Assembly: GCA_033763845.1 (NCBI GenBank)
Contig: JANRJR010000070.1
Span: 9,718 to 73,717, forward strand
Source of the DNA: Gammaproteobacteria bacterium
Lineage (GTDB): Bacteria; Pseudomonadota; Gammaproteobacteria; DASZBR01
Direction of reading: 5' to 3'
Length of the DNA: 64,000 nt
Below the pieces are notes generated by a model. That model was not told the DNA's origin and ran no database searches. It was given only the letters and a program-made list of their open reading frames with translations. Shown here piece after piece: positions 1-9,305 of this stretch. The position numbers and the translations under genes were made by a program. Position 1 is the first letter of the stretch. Each line of letters begins with the position of its first letter.

Positions 1-337
1 CCGACGTCATCATCCATCCTGTAATCGGCATTGCAAACATAAATCCATACAACATCCAATGGACTGCATGTGCTACAAATTTTTGCCACGCCGGAATTGT
101 ATTCGGTAACAGTGGAACAATATTCCCAATCCGCCACACTACTCTGAACATTACCAAAAATAAAACTAATAATCCAAATTCTTTATGAAGTCCAAACAAA
201 CGCAATTTCTGTTCATTGTCAGGTAAATCTGTCATATACAAACCCACAATTAACAAACCAATGATCACCAACGCCATAAACCAGTGCAGAAATTTGTTTA
301 CGATACCATATTGCGTTTTGGTATTTTTAATTTGCAC
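1..337 (-). CDS. cytochrome b561 family protein (partial, C-terminus beyond window start)
   Basis: Manual minus-strand translation gives ..VQIKNTKTQYGIVNKFLHWFMALVIIGLLIVGLYMTDLP..HKEFG..FRVVWR.., a typical CybB/YceJ N-terminus with a conserved HW. Lies immediately downstream of yceI. Start (possible GTG at 335-337) uncertain. Confidence 0.55.
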   Translation of the reverse strand, partial: MQIKNTKTQYGIVNKFLHWFMALVIIGLLIVGLYMTDLPDNEQKLRLFGLHKEFGLLVLFLVMFRVVWRIGNIVPLLPNTIPAWQKFVAHAVHWMLYGFMFAMPITGWMMTS

Positions 338-893
338 GTGATGCCTCGGCTTGAATATTTAATTTCACTGTATCACCTAATCCGGGTGAGTACGCAGAAA
401 TTCCAAAATCAGATCGCTGAATAACTGCCGTTGCACTAAATCCTACGGTCGGTAAATTCGTCACAGGATTTTCGCCCGATTTATTAAATTTAACATTCAA
501 AGTAACGGGTTTTGATACACCGTGAAGTGTTAACACACCTTCTACTTTTGCTGTTTCTTTACCCGTCAAAATCACTTTATTGCTAACATAGGTTGCTGTG
601 GGATATTTTGCGACATCAAAAAATAATGGCGCTTTTAAATGTTTGTCTAATTCTGGCAGTCCTGTTGATAAATCATTGAGATCAATTGTCACATCCACTT
701 TACTATTTTGCGGTTTGGTTTTATCTAATACGAGTGTCCCGCTTTTGATCATCCATTTTCCGGAGGGTTCAGAAAACCCAAAATGACTGATATGCCATTC
801 AACATATGTATGACCGGGATCTAACGTATAATTTTGTGCAGCAAAAGCAAAACCTGACCAAAACAATAACATCATCATGATAATACGCTTCAT
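327..893 (-). CDS. yceI: YceI family periplasmic protein
   Basis: Signal peptide followed by the YceI-like pattern LDPGHTYVEW..H.GFS...G.F..DL..LSTG...D.HL....FFD. Adjacent to the cytochrome b561 gene, as in known yceI/yceJ pairs. Confidence 0.85.
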   Translation of the reverse strand: MKRIIMMMLLFWSGFAFAAQNYTLDPGHTYVEWHISHFGFSEPSGKWMIKSGTLVLDKTKPQNSKVDVTIDLNDLSTGLPELDKHLKAPLFFDVAKYPTATYVSNKVILTGKETAKVEGVLTLHGVSKPVTLNVKFNKSGENPVTNLPTVGFSATAVIQRSDFGISAYSPGLGDTVKLNIQAEASRAN

Positions 894-901
894 ACTTCCT
901 C

Positions 902-1387
902 CTATGCTCGAATAAAAATCATCTCACGATTTTTACGTTGAATCAAAATAGTTTCTGGGCCTATGGAAAGATCTAATGTTTTATCAGCATCTTTATCATT
1001 GCATAATTCCCAAATAGATAAAATGGGATAACGCGATGAAATCATTCGCACAGTCGATAATGCATCTTCTTTTGCATAAAATAATTCATGAATAGCCCAC
1101 TCCAAACGCGCGACATCCGCCAAGTAAATTATATTTTTTAACGACTCAAATAGTTCTAAAAAACCCGGGAAGATTTTTCCATAATCCTGTAGTTTGTAAG
1201 AAACGGAAAGGTGTTGCGGAATAAAAACACGGGCAGTATTTTCAAAACACTCTTCACCCAATAACTTACAAACAACCGGATAAATTTCACGCAATGCTTT
1301 GATATGAGTCGATATGAAATTGTTGTGATAGATTTGATGCGCGCCATCTAAAATAACGCGCATGAAATCCTGCTGAAACTCTCTCAC
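902..1387 (-). CDS. DUF2063-like (HvfC/BufC-like) protein, short
   Basis: N-terminus MREFQQDFMRVILDG resembles the DUF2063 N-terminal motif. Translationally coupled downstream of the DUF2282 gene (4-nt overlap). Weak assignment. Confidence 0.4.
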   Translation of the reverse strand: MREFQQDFMRVILDGAHQIYHNNFISTHIKALREIYPVVCKLLGEECFENTARVFIPQHLSVSYKLQDYGKIFPGFLELFESLKNIIYLADVARLEWAIHELFYAKEDALSTVRMISSRYPILSIWELCNDKDADKTLDLSIGPETILIQRKNREMIFIRA

Positions 1388-1641
1388 TTGGCGGTTAATT
1401 CTCCACCGACGATACGACTACAAATTCCTTTAGGAAGAAAAATAAAGGCGTCGCGTTGATTATCTTTCGTGGAAGAACTCGCACATTTTGCCGTGGCGGT
1501 TTGGCAATCATTCATGCCGGCCTTCACAATACCGTAGCACTTTTCCATTTTGGTTTTAGTTGCAGCCAATGCATGCGTGCTATTTAATACCAGTGTGGTG
1601 AGTACGGCGAGTTGAATCATGGCGTCATTAATCTTCATCAT
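1384..1641 (-). CDS. DUF2282 bufferin-like precursor peptide (signal peptide plus Cys-rich domain)
   Basis: EKCYGIVKAGMNDCQTATAKCAS...FLPKGICSRIVGG matches the DUF2282 signature (CYG..KAG.NDC...C.G ... G.C..I.GG). Start moved to the internal ATG at 1639-1641, which is preceded by aggag; the ORF track starts at 1719. Confidence 0.7.
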   Translation of the reverse strand: MMKINDAMIQLAVLTTLVLNSTHALAATKTKMEKCYGIVKAGMNDCQTATAKCASSSTKDNQRDAFIFLPKGICSRIVGGELTAK

Positions 1642-1703
1642 CCCTGCTCCTTGGAAAGTTAAATATGGGTACAATCTTAATCCGATTAGAATATGAGGTC
1701 TAT

Positions 1704-2102
1704 ATGCATACATGGTCATCTGAAGTGCGTGATTATGAAGTCGATTTTCAAGGCATTGTGAACAATGCGGTTTATTTAAATTATTTACAGCAAGCGCGTG
1801 CGGAGTATTTTCTCGAACAAGGCCATGATGTTGTAGCTATTGCGCATGAAGGCATCAATATTGTTTTATTCGAAACAACTTTAAAGTTTAAACACTCACT
1901 TCGATTTCGCGATAATTTTACGGTTAAAAGTGAATTATTTCGCATCAGTCATTTTAAATTTTTGATGCAACAAACCATAATTAACACTAAAACAGGCGAG
2001 ATTTGTTTAGAAGCCAAAAATTATCTGTGTTGTGTAGATGTAAAAACGAACAAGCCGTGCTTACATACGGCACTTGAGAAAATATCTATTGTTGAAAAAT
2101 AA
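1704..2102 (+). CDS. acyl-CoA thioesterase, hotdog fold (YbgC/FadM-like)
   Basis: YEVDFQGIVNNAVYLNYLQQARAEYF is the 4HBT/YbgC N-terminal motif. Start moved to the ATG at 1704 after gagg. Confidence 0.7.
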   Translation: MHTWSSEVRDYEVDFQGIVNNAVYLNYLQQARAEYFLEQGHDVVAIAHEGINIVLFETTLKFKHSLRFRDNFTVKSELFRISHFKFLMQQTIINTKTGEICLEAKNYLCCVDVKTNKPCLHTALEKISIVEK

Positions 2103-2154
2103 GTAACATACTGGTATAAATCACAGTCATATTAACATAAAGTTAAGGTGATTC

Positions 2155-3024
2155 ATGAACCGTCTCGAACTCGCTGAAACGCTGATTGCCATCGCAGACA
2201 ACGGCGCTATTCACAAAGCCGCCACAAAATTAAATCAAACCAATGCTGCCATCAGCAAAAAGTTATCTAAACTAGAAGCCCATTTAGGGACTCAACTGAT
2301 TAAACGCGACCGAAAAGGCCTATCACTGACCGAAGCGGGTCAACGTTATTACCATGAAGCAAAAAATGCGTTAAAAACATTTAACGACGCCGAATTGGCT
2401 GTTGTTCAAACTAAAGAAAAGCCACGCGGTGAATTAAAAATTGTTACGGGACAATACTTCGCTAAAAAATTTATACTGCCCAAGATTGCAGAATTCAAAG
2501 GACATTATCCTGATCTAAAATTAATGTTTGATATAGCTGAAGCACAGCCTGATTTTAATGCGAAGAAAATGGATATTTTGTTTGGCAGCTCCATGATGGG
2601 CGATGAACATTTAGTACGAAAACCGTTTTCTTCGGCACAATATGTATTATGCGCCTCACCGGAATACTTAAAAAAATACGGCACCCCACATGCGCCGTGC
2701 GCGTTATTAAAACATGATTACATTACCCACAGCGGACGAAAGCGTCCGGGTTTAATTATGCTGGATGACGATCAAGATATTACAGTTCAGCCAAAATATT
2801 GCTTTAATAATGCATGGCTTATCGCTGAAGCTGCTCTCGAAGGATTAGGATTTATTTGGGGACATCGCTATACGGTTTCACATCATATTGAAGATAAAAA
2901 ATTAATCCCCTTTTTAGAAAAACACACACAACATGTTTTTCCGATTTATGCGTATTATGAATACCAACGCTATCGCGACCCCAAAATACAAGTTTTTATG
3001 GATTTCTTTACGGAAAAATTATGA
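2155..3024 (+). CDS. LysR family transcriptional regulator
   Basis: N-terminal HTH (LIAIADNGAIHKAATKLNQTNAAISKKLSKLEAHLGTQLIKRDRKGLSLTEAG) plus a LysR substrate-binding domain of normal length. Confidence 0.9.
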   Translation: MNRLELAETLIAIADNGAIHKAATKLNQTNAAISKKLSKLEAHLGTQLIKRDRKGLSLTEAGQRYYHEAKNALKTFNDAELAVVQTKEKPRGELKIVTGQYFAKKFILPKIAEFKGHYPDLKLMFDIAEAQPDFNAKKMDILFGSSMMGDEHLVRKPFSSAQYVLCASPEYLKKYGTPHAPCALLKHDYITHSGRKRPGLIMLDDDQDITVQPKYCFNNAWLIAEAALEGLGFIWGHRYTVSHHIEDKKLIPFLEKHTQHVFPIYAYYEYQRYRDPKIQVFMDFFTEKL

Positions 3025-4331
3025 AAATCGCTGTGATTGGCGCAGGACTCGCGGGATTAACTGCCGCGTATCGATTACATCAAGCAGGAATTCACGCAGA
3101 TATTTTTGAAGCTCAGAACCGTGTTGGCGGAAGAGTGTTTTCAACACAAATCAAAAATTATTTAGGTAAATCCTCAACCGTTGAATGGGGTGGACAAAGC
3201 ATTACCGACGGTGGCGACACCAACCATCTTTTAGACCTCATTAGAGAATTCTCACTGAATACTCACGATATTACGATTAAGTTAAATTCTCGTGTTTATT
3301 GCAATGAAACCTATACTGATTTTATTCAATCGATTGGAAATACACCGCTTACACTCGAGAAAGTAGAAAAAACAGCTACTCAATCAGAATCTATTGGCCA
3401 TCTGATTGATGTGTTATTTAAAGATAATCCCGTCGCACATCAAGCCTTAATTACACGCATGACAGCATATGAAGGCGTGAATGCCTATGAACAATCGATT
3501 TATCATAATTTAGAGACTTTTATTTATGCCATTTCCGGCGGACTGTCTAAATTCCACGATGCGTTTTCGCACGAAAAAAACCAGATTGTCATGATGGGTA
3601 TCGTTGACGGAAATCAGCAATTGCCCAATTTAATGGCTGAAAAACTTAAAGATAAATTAAATCTCGAAAAAATATTATCCAAAGTTACCTTAACAACAAC
3701 AGGGGCAGAATTAATTTTCTCAGACAAGACAGTACTAAATTATGACAAAGTCATTCTTGCGGTGCCTATACCGCTTTATAAAAAAATCGATCTATCTGAG
3801 ACACATATTCCAAAGGATAGGTTAAATACTATTTATAATATTGGCTTTGGTCAAAACTACAAAATAGCTGTACCATATAATTTACGTACGCGAAACAATT
3901 ATCGATCAGTCATGACGGAAAACACGGTATCTTTTTTTAATACCGAAGAAAAAATTGCCTTGATATATGCAACACAACCTTTGGAAAACATTGAAAATCT
4001 ATGCAAAATTACCGCTGAGGGTTTAGGACTAGAACAACAATCTTACAACAATTTTACAACACACGACTGGAATACTGATCCGTTTGCGTTAGGCTCCTAT
4101 TCCGGATATTCCACAAAAGTCTCGAAAGAATTAGACGAACACGCCACCTTTAATAATATTATTTACAAAAAATTGTTTCTTCCCATCGAAAACAAGCTTT
4201 TTTTTGCGGGAGAACATACGACTTTATTAGATTGTATTGGCACAATGGAAGCGGCTGTAGAATCAGGCGAACGTATTGCTAATGCAATTATACAGGATAC
4301 TTCTCCTCAAACTCCGCATAGTGGCCTTTAA
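3021..4331 (+). CDS. FAD-dependent amine oxidase family protein
   Basis: Dinucleotide-binding motif MKIAVIGAGLAGLTAAYRL...FEAQNRVGGRV. ATGA overlap with the LysR gene. Confidence 0.8.
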   Translation: MKIAVIGAGLAGLTAAYRLHQAGIHADIFEAQNRVGGRVFSTQIKNYLGKSSTVEWGGQSITDGGDTNHLLDLIREFSLNTHDITIKLNSRVYCNETYTDFIQSIGNTPLTLEKVEKTATQSESIGHLIDVLFKDNPVAHQALITRMTAYEGVNAYEQSIYHNLETFIYAISGGLSKFHDAFSHEKNQIVMMGIVDGNQQLPNLMAEKLKDKLNLEKILSKVTLTTTGAELIFSDKTVLNYDKVILAVPIPLYKKIDLSETHIPKDRLNTIYNIGFGQNYKIAVPYNLRTRNNYRSVMTENTVSFFNTEEKIALIYATQPLENIENLCKITAEGLGLEQQSYNNFTTHDWNTDPFALGSYSGYSTKVSKELDEHATFNNIIYKKLFLPIENKLFFAGEHTTLLDCIGTMEAAVESGERIANAIIQDTSPQTPHSGL

Positions 4332-5883
4332 AGTCAATTAATTTTTTATTCTGTGGAATAAATAAAATACGATTCGCCGTTCTCTGAATAAAACTTCGAT
4401 CGTGGCTCACAAAAATAACCGTACCATTAAAATGATTTAAGGCTTTTACCAAGGCATCCGTGGCTTCAATATCTAAATGGTTTGTTGGTTCGTCTAATAC
4501 CAATACATTGCCCATTTCTAATACGATCTTTGCTAATAGTAATCGCGCGGCTTCGCCACCACTGATAGCCAAAATATCTTTTTCCACCTCATCCTTGGTA
4601 AACAATACTTGGCCCAATGTTTTACGCACGTTTTGTTCGGTAGTTTGTGTAGCGATATCTTTTAACCAATCAAATACTGTCATGTGTTTATTCAACAAAT
4701 CATGGTGATCTTGTGAGAAATAGCTCACATGGGTTTCGTATCCCCACTCAACTGCTCCCTCACTAGGCTCAATAAGATTCAGTAAAATTTTGATTAAAGT
4801 CGATTTACCGACGCCGTTTTCACCAATGATCGCAATTTTTTCACCACGCGACACATCAAACGTTACATTGGAAAATAATTTTTTATCGTTAAATTGTTTG
4901 GAAAGTGTTTTGACACGCAATGCCAGCTTTCCAGAATGTCGCTTCGAATGAAAATGAAAGTGGGGTGACACCCGAGAACTGTGTTTGATATCAGGCAACT
5001 CCATTTTTTCCAAGCGTTTTACACGAGATTGGGCTTGAATCGAGCGAGTGCCCGCACGAAAACGATCAATAAATTTTTGCAAATCCGCCATTTTATTTTC
5101 AATGTTTTTTTGCTCTTGTAATTTTTGCTCTTCAATTGTCTTCTTTTCTGTTAAAAACTTCTCATAAGTTCCACTGTATTGACGAATTTCGCCATAATCG
5201 ATATCAAGAATATGATCCGCCAATCTATTAATAAACTCGACGTCATGCGAAATAAATAGCACCAATCCTGTAAATTCATTTTTTAAATATTTTTCTAGCC
5301 ATCTGATTGAGATAATATCCAAGTGATTGGTCGGCTCATCGAGCAATAAGATATCTGGCTCTTCAAATAAAGCTTGCGCAAATAATACCCGCAATTTAAA
5401 TCCGCCGGATAAACTGCTAAGTGGCTTATGATGATATTCAGGTTGAATGCCCAAACCGATTAGTAATTTTTCAGCTAAGGCTAAAGCACTATAACCATCT
5501 TGTGCTGCTATCATTTCTTCGCAATGGCTTAATTGATGCGCAATCTCATCATTCCATTCATGTTCTGCCAATTGAAGTAATTTTTCTTTTTCCTGTAGGG
5601 CTTTCCACAATTTGGGCTTACCCTGTAAAACAATATCAGTAATAATGGAATTTTCATGACGGAATTGATCTTGTTTCAACCATCCGACTGTTATGCCCTT
5701 TGGAATGGAAACGCTACCTTCTAAAGGCTCTTCTTCACCCGTGATTAATTTAAAAAACGTTGATTTTCCGGCACCATTTGCCCCTACTAAAGCGTAGTGC
5801 ATTTTGTCGTTCAAGATGAGACTCACATCGAAGAACAGCAATTTTTGGCCATAGGCCATATGGAGTTGATGGATTTGAATCAT
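4288..5883 (-). CDS. ABC-F family ATPase (two ABC domains, YbiT/Uup-like)
   Basis: Two Walker A sites (GANGAGKST, GENGVGKST) and two LSGG signatures with an inter-domain linker. No transmembrane domain. Confidence 0.9.
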   Translation of the reverse strand: MIQIHQLHMAYGQKLLFFDVSLILNDKMHYALVGANGAGKSTFFKLITGEEEPLEGSVSIPKGITVGWLKQDQFRHENSIITDIVLQGKPKLWKALQEKEKLLQLAEHEWNDEIAHQLSHCEEMIAAQDGYSALALAEKLLIGLGIQPEYHHKPLSSLSGGFKLRVLFAQALFEEPDILLLDEPTNHLDIISIRWLEKYLKNEFTGLVLFISHDVEFINRLADHILDIDYGEIRQYSGTYEKFLTEKKTIEEQKLQEQKNIENKMADLQKFIDRFRAGTRSIQAQSRVKRLEKMELPDIKHSSRVSPHFHFHSKRHSGKLALRVKTLSKQFNDKKLFSNVTFDVSRGEKIAIIGENGVGKSTLIKILLNLIEPSEGAVEWGYETHVSYFSQDHHDLLNKHMTVFDWLKDIATQTTEQNVRKTLGQVLFTKDEVEKDILAISGGEAARLLLAKIVLEMGNVLVLDEPTNHLDIEATDALVKALNHFNGTVIFVSHDRSFIQRTANRILFIPQNKKLIDFKGHYAEFEEKYPV

Positions 5884-5925
5884 GGTTTTTCGCTTATTTT
5901 TAGCCGGGGTTGAATAATACCTAGA

Positions 5926-6482
5926 TTATAGTGTTACCGATAGCCTTCGATGCTTGTGTTTCCGTGAAGGATAGTATGCATCCAATGGCACCGACGCCCC
6001 CAACCGCCGATCAAAATTCCGCGTGTATTTTGAAGCCAATTGCGGATTCGTAATGATTAGCATGTTTTCGGCATTATGCGCTTGTGCGTTTTTACTGAAA
6101 TTGAAGCTGCCTGTAACAATCTTAGTATTATCTGATACCATAATTTTGTTATGCGCAATGTTCGGTCTGTAATCAATCCAAACAGGAACGCCTTCGTGTG
6201 CAAAAAACAACGCTGAACAGTATTTTCCTTGGGAATATTGCGACTTATCTAAAATTAACTTTACATCCACGCCGCGATGTTTCGCTAACACAACGGCTTT
6301 ACTGATCGACGGAGAAGTAAACTGGTACGCTTGAATCAATAAGATTTTCTGCGTGTTATCAATGACATCAACAATTTGCTGTGTGCAATTTTGACCTGGC
6401 GTAAAGCAGACTGAAATATCATCGGCTAATACCATACGCGATAACAGAATCAGCATTATTCCCAACATGATTTTTTTCATAA
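5926..6482 (-). CDS. phospholipase D / Nuc-like HKD-motif protein, secreted
   Basis: Single HKD motif HNKIMVSDNTKIVTGSFNFSKNAQAHNAEN. Signal peptide MKKIMLGIMLILLSRMVLA. Start set at the ATG at 6480-6482 after ggag. Confidence 0.8.
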
Positions 6483-6587
6483 GATTTCTCCAAATAAACA
6501 CGGGAAGTCTTATGATGTTGTGTTAAAACGCTAGTGAATCATCAACGGTTTTGCTACATTTGTCCATATTACATGGAGTTCGTCCTT

Positions 6588-7559
6588 ATGCTTATCGCTT
6601 ACTTGAAACGACAAACACTGGAAGCACATCAGATCACTGCTGAAAATCATATCTTACTCAAAGAAGCTATCTGGGTTGACCTCTTATCCCCCACAAAAAC
6701 AGAAGAAAAACTGGTCGAACAAAGCTTAACGCTCAACATTCCAACACGAGACGAAATGGTCGAAATCGAAACGTCGAGTCGACTTTATAAAGAAAACGAA
6801 ACACTCTTCATGACAGCTTCTTTTATTGCACAATCGAAAACTTCAGAACCGCGCATTGATCCCATTACCTTTGTACTTACTGAACAACAATTAATTACGA
6901 TACGCTATATCGAACCCCACGCGTTTAAATTTTTTATTGGTCAATTACCTAAAATTAATCCCGAAACCCACACCGCTCTGATACTATTAATTGAATTGCT
7001 TGAAGCAACCGTCGATCGACTTGCGGATATTTTAGAGCGCGTTGGCCGTCGTTTAGACAGCTATTCCAAAACCATTTTTCGTCCCACGACCAGCAAAGTT
7101 AGGAATTTAAATTATCAAAAATTGATGCGGGAAATTGGTTCTAGTGGTGATCTAGACACCAAAGCACGGGAGAGTTTAATTACATTGAATCGTCTTGTTT
7201 CATTCTTTGGACAAAGCGCAAACGCAAAATTTGATGCGGACGAACAATCTCGCATCATGACACTCAGCAAAGACATTGCATCTTTAAGTGATCATGCTAA
7301 TTTTTTATCAACAAAAGTGAATTTTTTGCTGGATGCCACATTGGGCATGGTCAATATTGAACAGAATAATATTATTAAAATATTTTCAGTGGCAGCAGTA
7401 ATATTTCTTCCACCTACACTTATTGCAAGCATATACGGCATGAATTTCCATTTTATACCGGAATTGTCATGGAAATATGGCTATTTATTTTCGATTGGAT
7501 TAATTGTTCTGGCTGCGTTTTTGCCGTATCGCTATTTTAAATATCGAAAGTGGTTATAG
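6588..7559 (+). CDS. corA: magnesium/cobalt transporter CorA
   Basis: C-terminal two-TM region with the YGMNF motif. Start at the ATG after ggag (6588); the longer ORF-track start at 6534 is possible. Confidence 0.85.
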   Translation: MLIAYLKRQTLEAHQITAENHILLKEAIWVDLLSPTKTEEKLVEQSLTLNIPTRDEMVEIETSSRLYKENETLFMTASFIAQSKTSEPRIDPITFVLTEQQLITIRYIEPHAFKFFIGQLPKINPETHTALILLIELLEATVDRLADILERVGRRLDSYSKTIFRPTTSKVRNLNYQKLMREIGSSGDLDTKARESLITLNRLVSFFGQSANAKFDADEQSRIMTLSKDIASLSDHANFLSTKVNFLLDATLGMVNIEQNNIIKIFSVAAVIFLPPTLIASIYGMNFHFIPELSWKYGYLFSIGLIVLAAFLPYRYFKYRKWL

Positions 7560-7576
7560 CTTAAAGGCAAGAAATC

Positions 7577-8101
7577 ATGGCAATTGAACAACTCATTGGC
7601 GACTACCAGACTTTCTTTTCAGATTTGCTGCATCGCCAGAAAAAAATTGGCATTGATATCAGCGGAATGCCTATGAGCCACTTGCTCTATCGCACTTCAA
7701 CGCTTCCTGAATATGAAATATTGCGCGATCAATTAAAATCTTTTTCCCGTGCATTTGTAGAAACGCAATTTAATGGACGGGCTGTCTCTGTATTCGTCCT
7801 TAAAGACGCCTTAAAACTTGAAGATAATTTCGAAGTCGATGTTATTGAACTACCCGCACCACGACCGGCACACATGTATCCCAGTGGTTTAGAAAGTATT
7901 GGTGTGGTAGTCGGTAAATCTTTACCAGAATTCATTAAAAAATATAGTAAGGTCTTAACAGGTGTAAAAGATCATGGCGAACATTGCCAACCGGCTTTTG
8001 TGACATTTGACAACGACAAGACATCAAAATTTTATAATATTTCATTATTAGAAATCGTTGCACGCCAGGGTTGGATCTTAGAAAAGCTGAATCTTGAATA
8101 A
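7577..8101 (+). CDS. YecM-like VOC-family protein
   Basis: Collinear with E. coli YecM from memory: ..HL.YR.ST...YE.LR..L...F.ET..NGR.V.VF.L.......ELP.P....YP..G.E.IG.VVG.. Confidence 0.65.
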   Translation: MAIEQLIGDYQTFFSDLLHRQKKIGIDISGMPMSHLLYRTSTLPEYEILRDQLKSFSRAFVETQFNGRAVSVFVLKDALKLEDNFEVDVIELPAPRPAHMYPSGLESIGVVVGKSLPEFIKKYSKVLTGVKDHGEHCQPAFVTFDNDKTSKFYNISLLEIVARQGWILEKLNLE

Positions 8102-8200
8102 AAAATTGATTTCTGAGATAAATATCCATGCTGTGAAACCTATAAAATTACTACTCACACTAAAGTGTTACCCATGTTTCCGGTACAAACCAACATGAAA

Positions 8201-8305
8201 TGGTGGCCGAAGGTGGAATCTAACCACCGACACAAAGATTTTCAGTCTAACGATGAAATTTAAATCGTTGTTTTATCTATAAATATTACTGTGGCGACCA
8301 TCACA
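8201..8305 (-). repeat. att-like repeat copy 1: 52-bp tRNA-Phe-like 3' half (T arm, GTGTC variable loop, CTGAAAA anticodon loop, CCA end) plus about 50 bp shared flank
   Basis: tggtggccgaaggtggaatc[t]aaccaccgacacaaagattttcagtctaacg. One T-loop substitution relative to copies 2 and 3. No 5' tRNA half is present. Confidence 0.7.
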
Positions 8306-8995
8306 CGTAGGGTCGTGAATTACCGCTAAGCTCAAAGTCTCATTAAGAATCTATACCCACAAAAAACTATTTAATTAAAGTATACTTACACTAAACAAGC
8401 AGATTTAGATCCCCGATCAATTTCAATGTAGCAAAACAAGTGAGATCAATGATTGACCACATTTTTTTTAGAAAACTTGAGAGCTCTAGTAATTCAGGAA
8501 GCAACCCCTGACAAGGTTGAGCAAGCATTAAAGACGTTCGAGTCTACGTTAACCAAAAAATAAATTTTCTTGGTAACTCTTTTCACTCAACCAGACAATT
8601 TTCTTTGATTGATATAATAAAGTTATCACTCTGACCAGAAAAGATTATTTCAGAAAAAGCGCCTAGATTTATAAATTCATTTTTATATTTTAAAAAAACT
8701 CAACTATTTCATAAAAAAATATGCATTCCTCTATGTTTCTTAAGCCTTTTTAATCACCACCAAAACCCTTCACGGGGAAGGTGGCCGAGAAGTTGACGCT
8801 TCCGCGGATTTATCATGATCAGTTTTATTAGAAGGCTCCTGACCTCGCGGCAGATTTTGATTACGATGAAAGGTATATAATGATCGTGTTGGATCTATGG
8901 TGTACGTACAACCTTCTGTAACAACGGTAGTAACGTTGCCAATGGTGGAGACTTCTTTCATAACAATCCTTTAACGACAAAAAACGCAATAAAAA

Positions 8996-9100
8996 TGGTG
9001 GCCGAAGGTGGAATCGAACCACCGACACAAAGATTTTCAGTCTAACGCGTGAAATTTAAATCGTTGTTTTATATATAAATATTACGGTGGCGACCATCAC
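8996..9100 (-). repeat. att-like repeat copy 2: tRNA-Phe-like 3' half plus shared flank
   Basis: 52-bp core identical to copy 3. The following ~55 bp (aaatttaaatcgttgttttatatataaatattacggtggcgaccatcac) is near-identical to copy 1. Confidence 0.7.
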
Positions 9101-9305
9101 GATTAGCACCGTAGAGCATAGTAGAGCACAGTTCACTCACTCAAAATCCCACAAACAAAAAATCAGGCTTATTAGAAAATTCTTCTTACTTCCCTCGCTA
9201 AAACACTGATAACCAAAAGATAATCGGAACTTATATATTATCAATCTCACTCGTTGCATTTCCGATCAAATTTGTCGGGTACGTTAAGCACTTATCATTT
9301 CGATA

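Noticed and set aside
8201-8252. Possible complete tRNA-Phe (or tmRNA) gene
   Set aside because: Only the 3' half is present (anticodon loop to CCA). The expected 5' acceptor strand (ggccgaa) and D arm are absent at all three copies. The acceptor sequence does not fit a tmRNA 5' GGGG start.
8770-8961. 63-aa ORF between att-like copies 1 and 2, with an aagga RBS
   Set aside because: Short, low-complexity C-terminus (STSRPPSP). Its 3' end runs into a degenerate ggtggccga-like sequence. Probably a remnant rather than a functional gene, so it is left unannotated.
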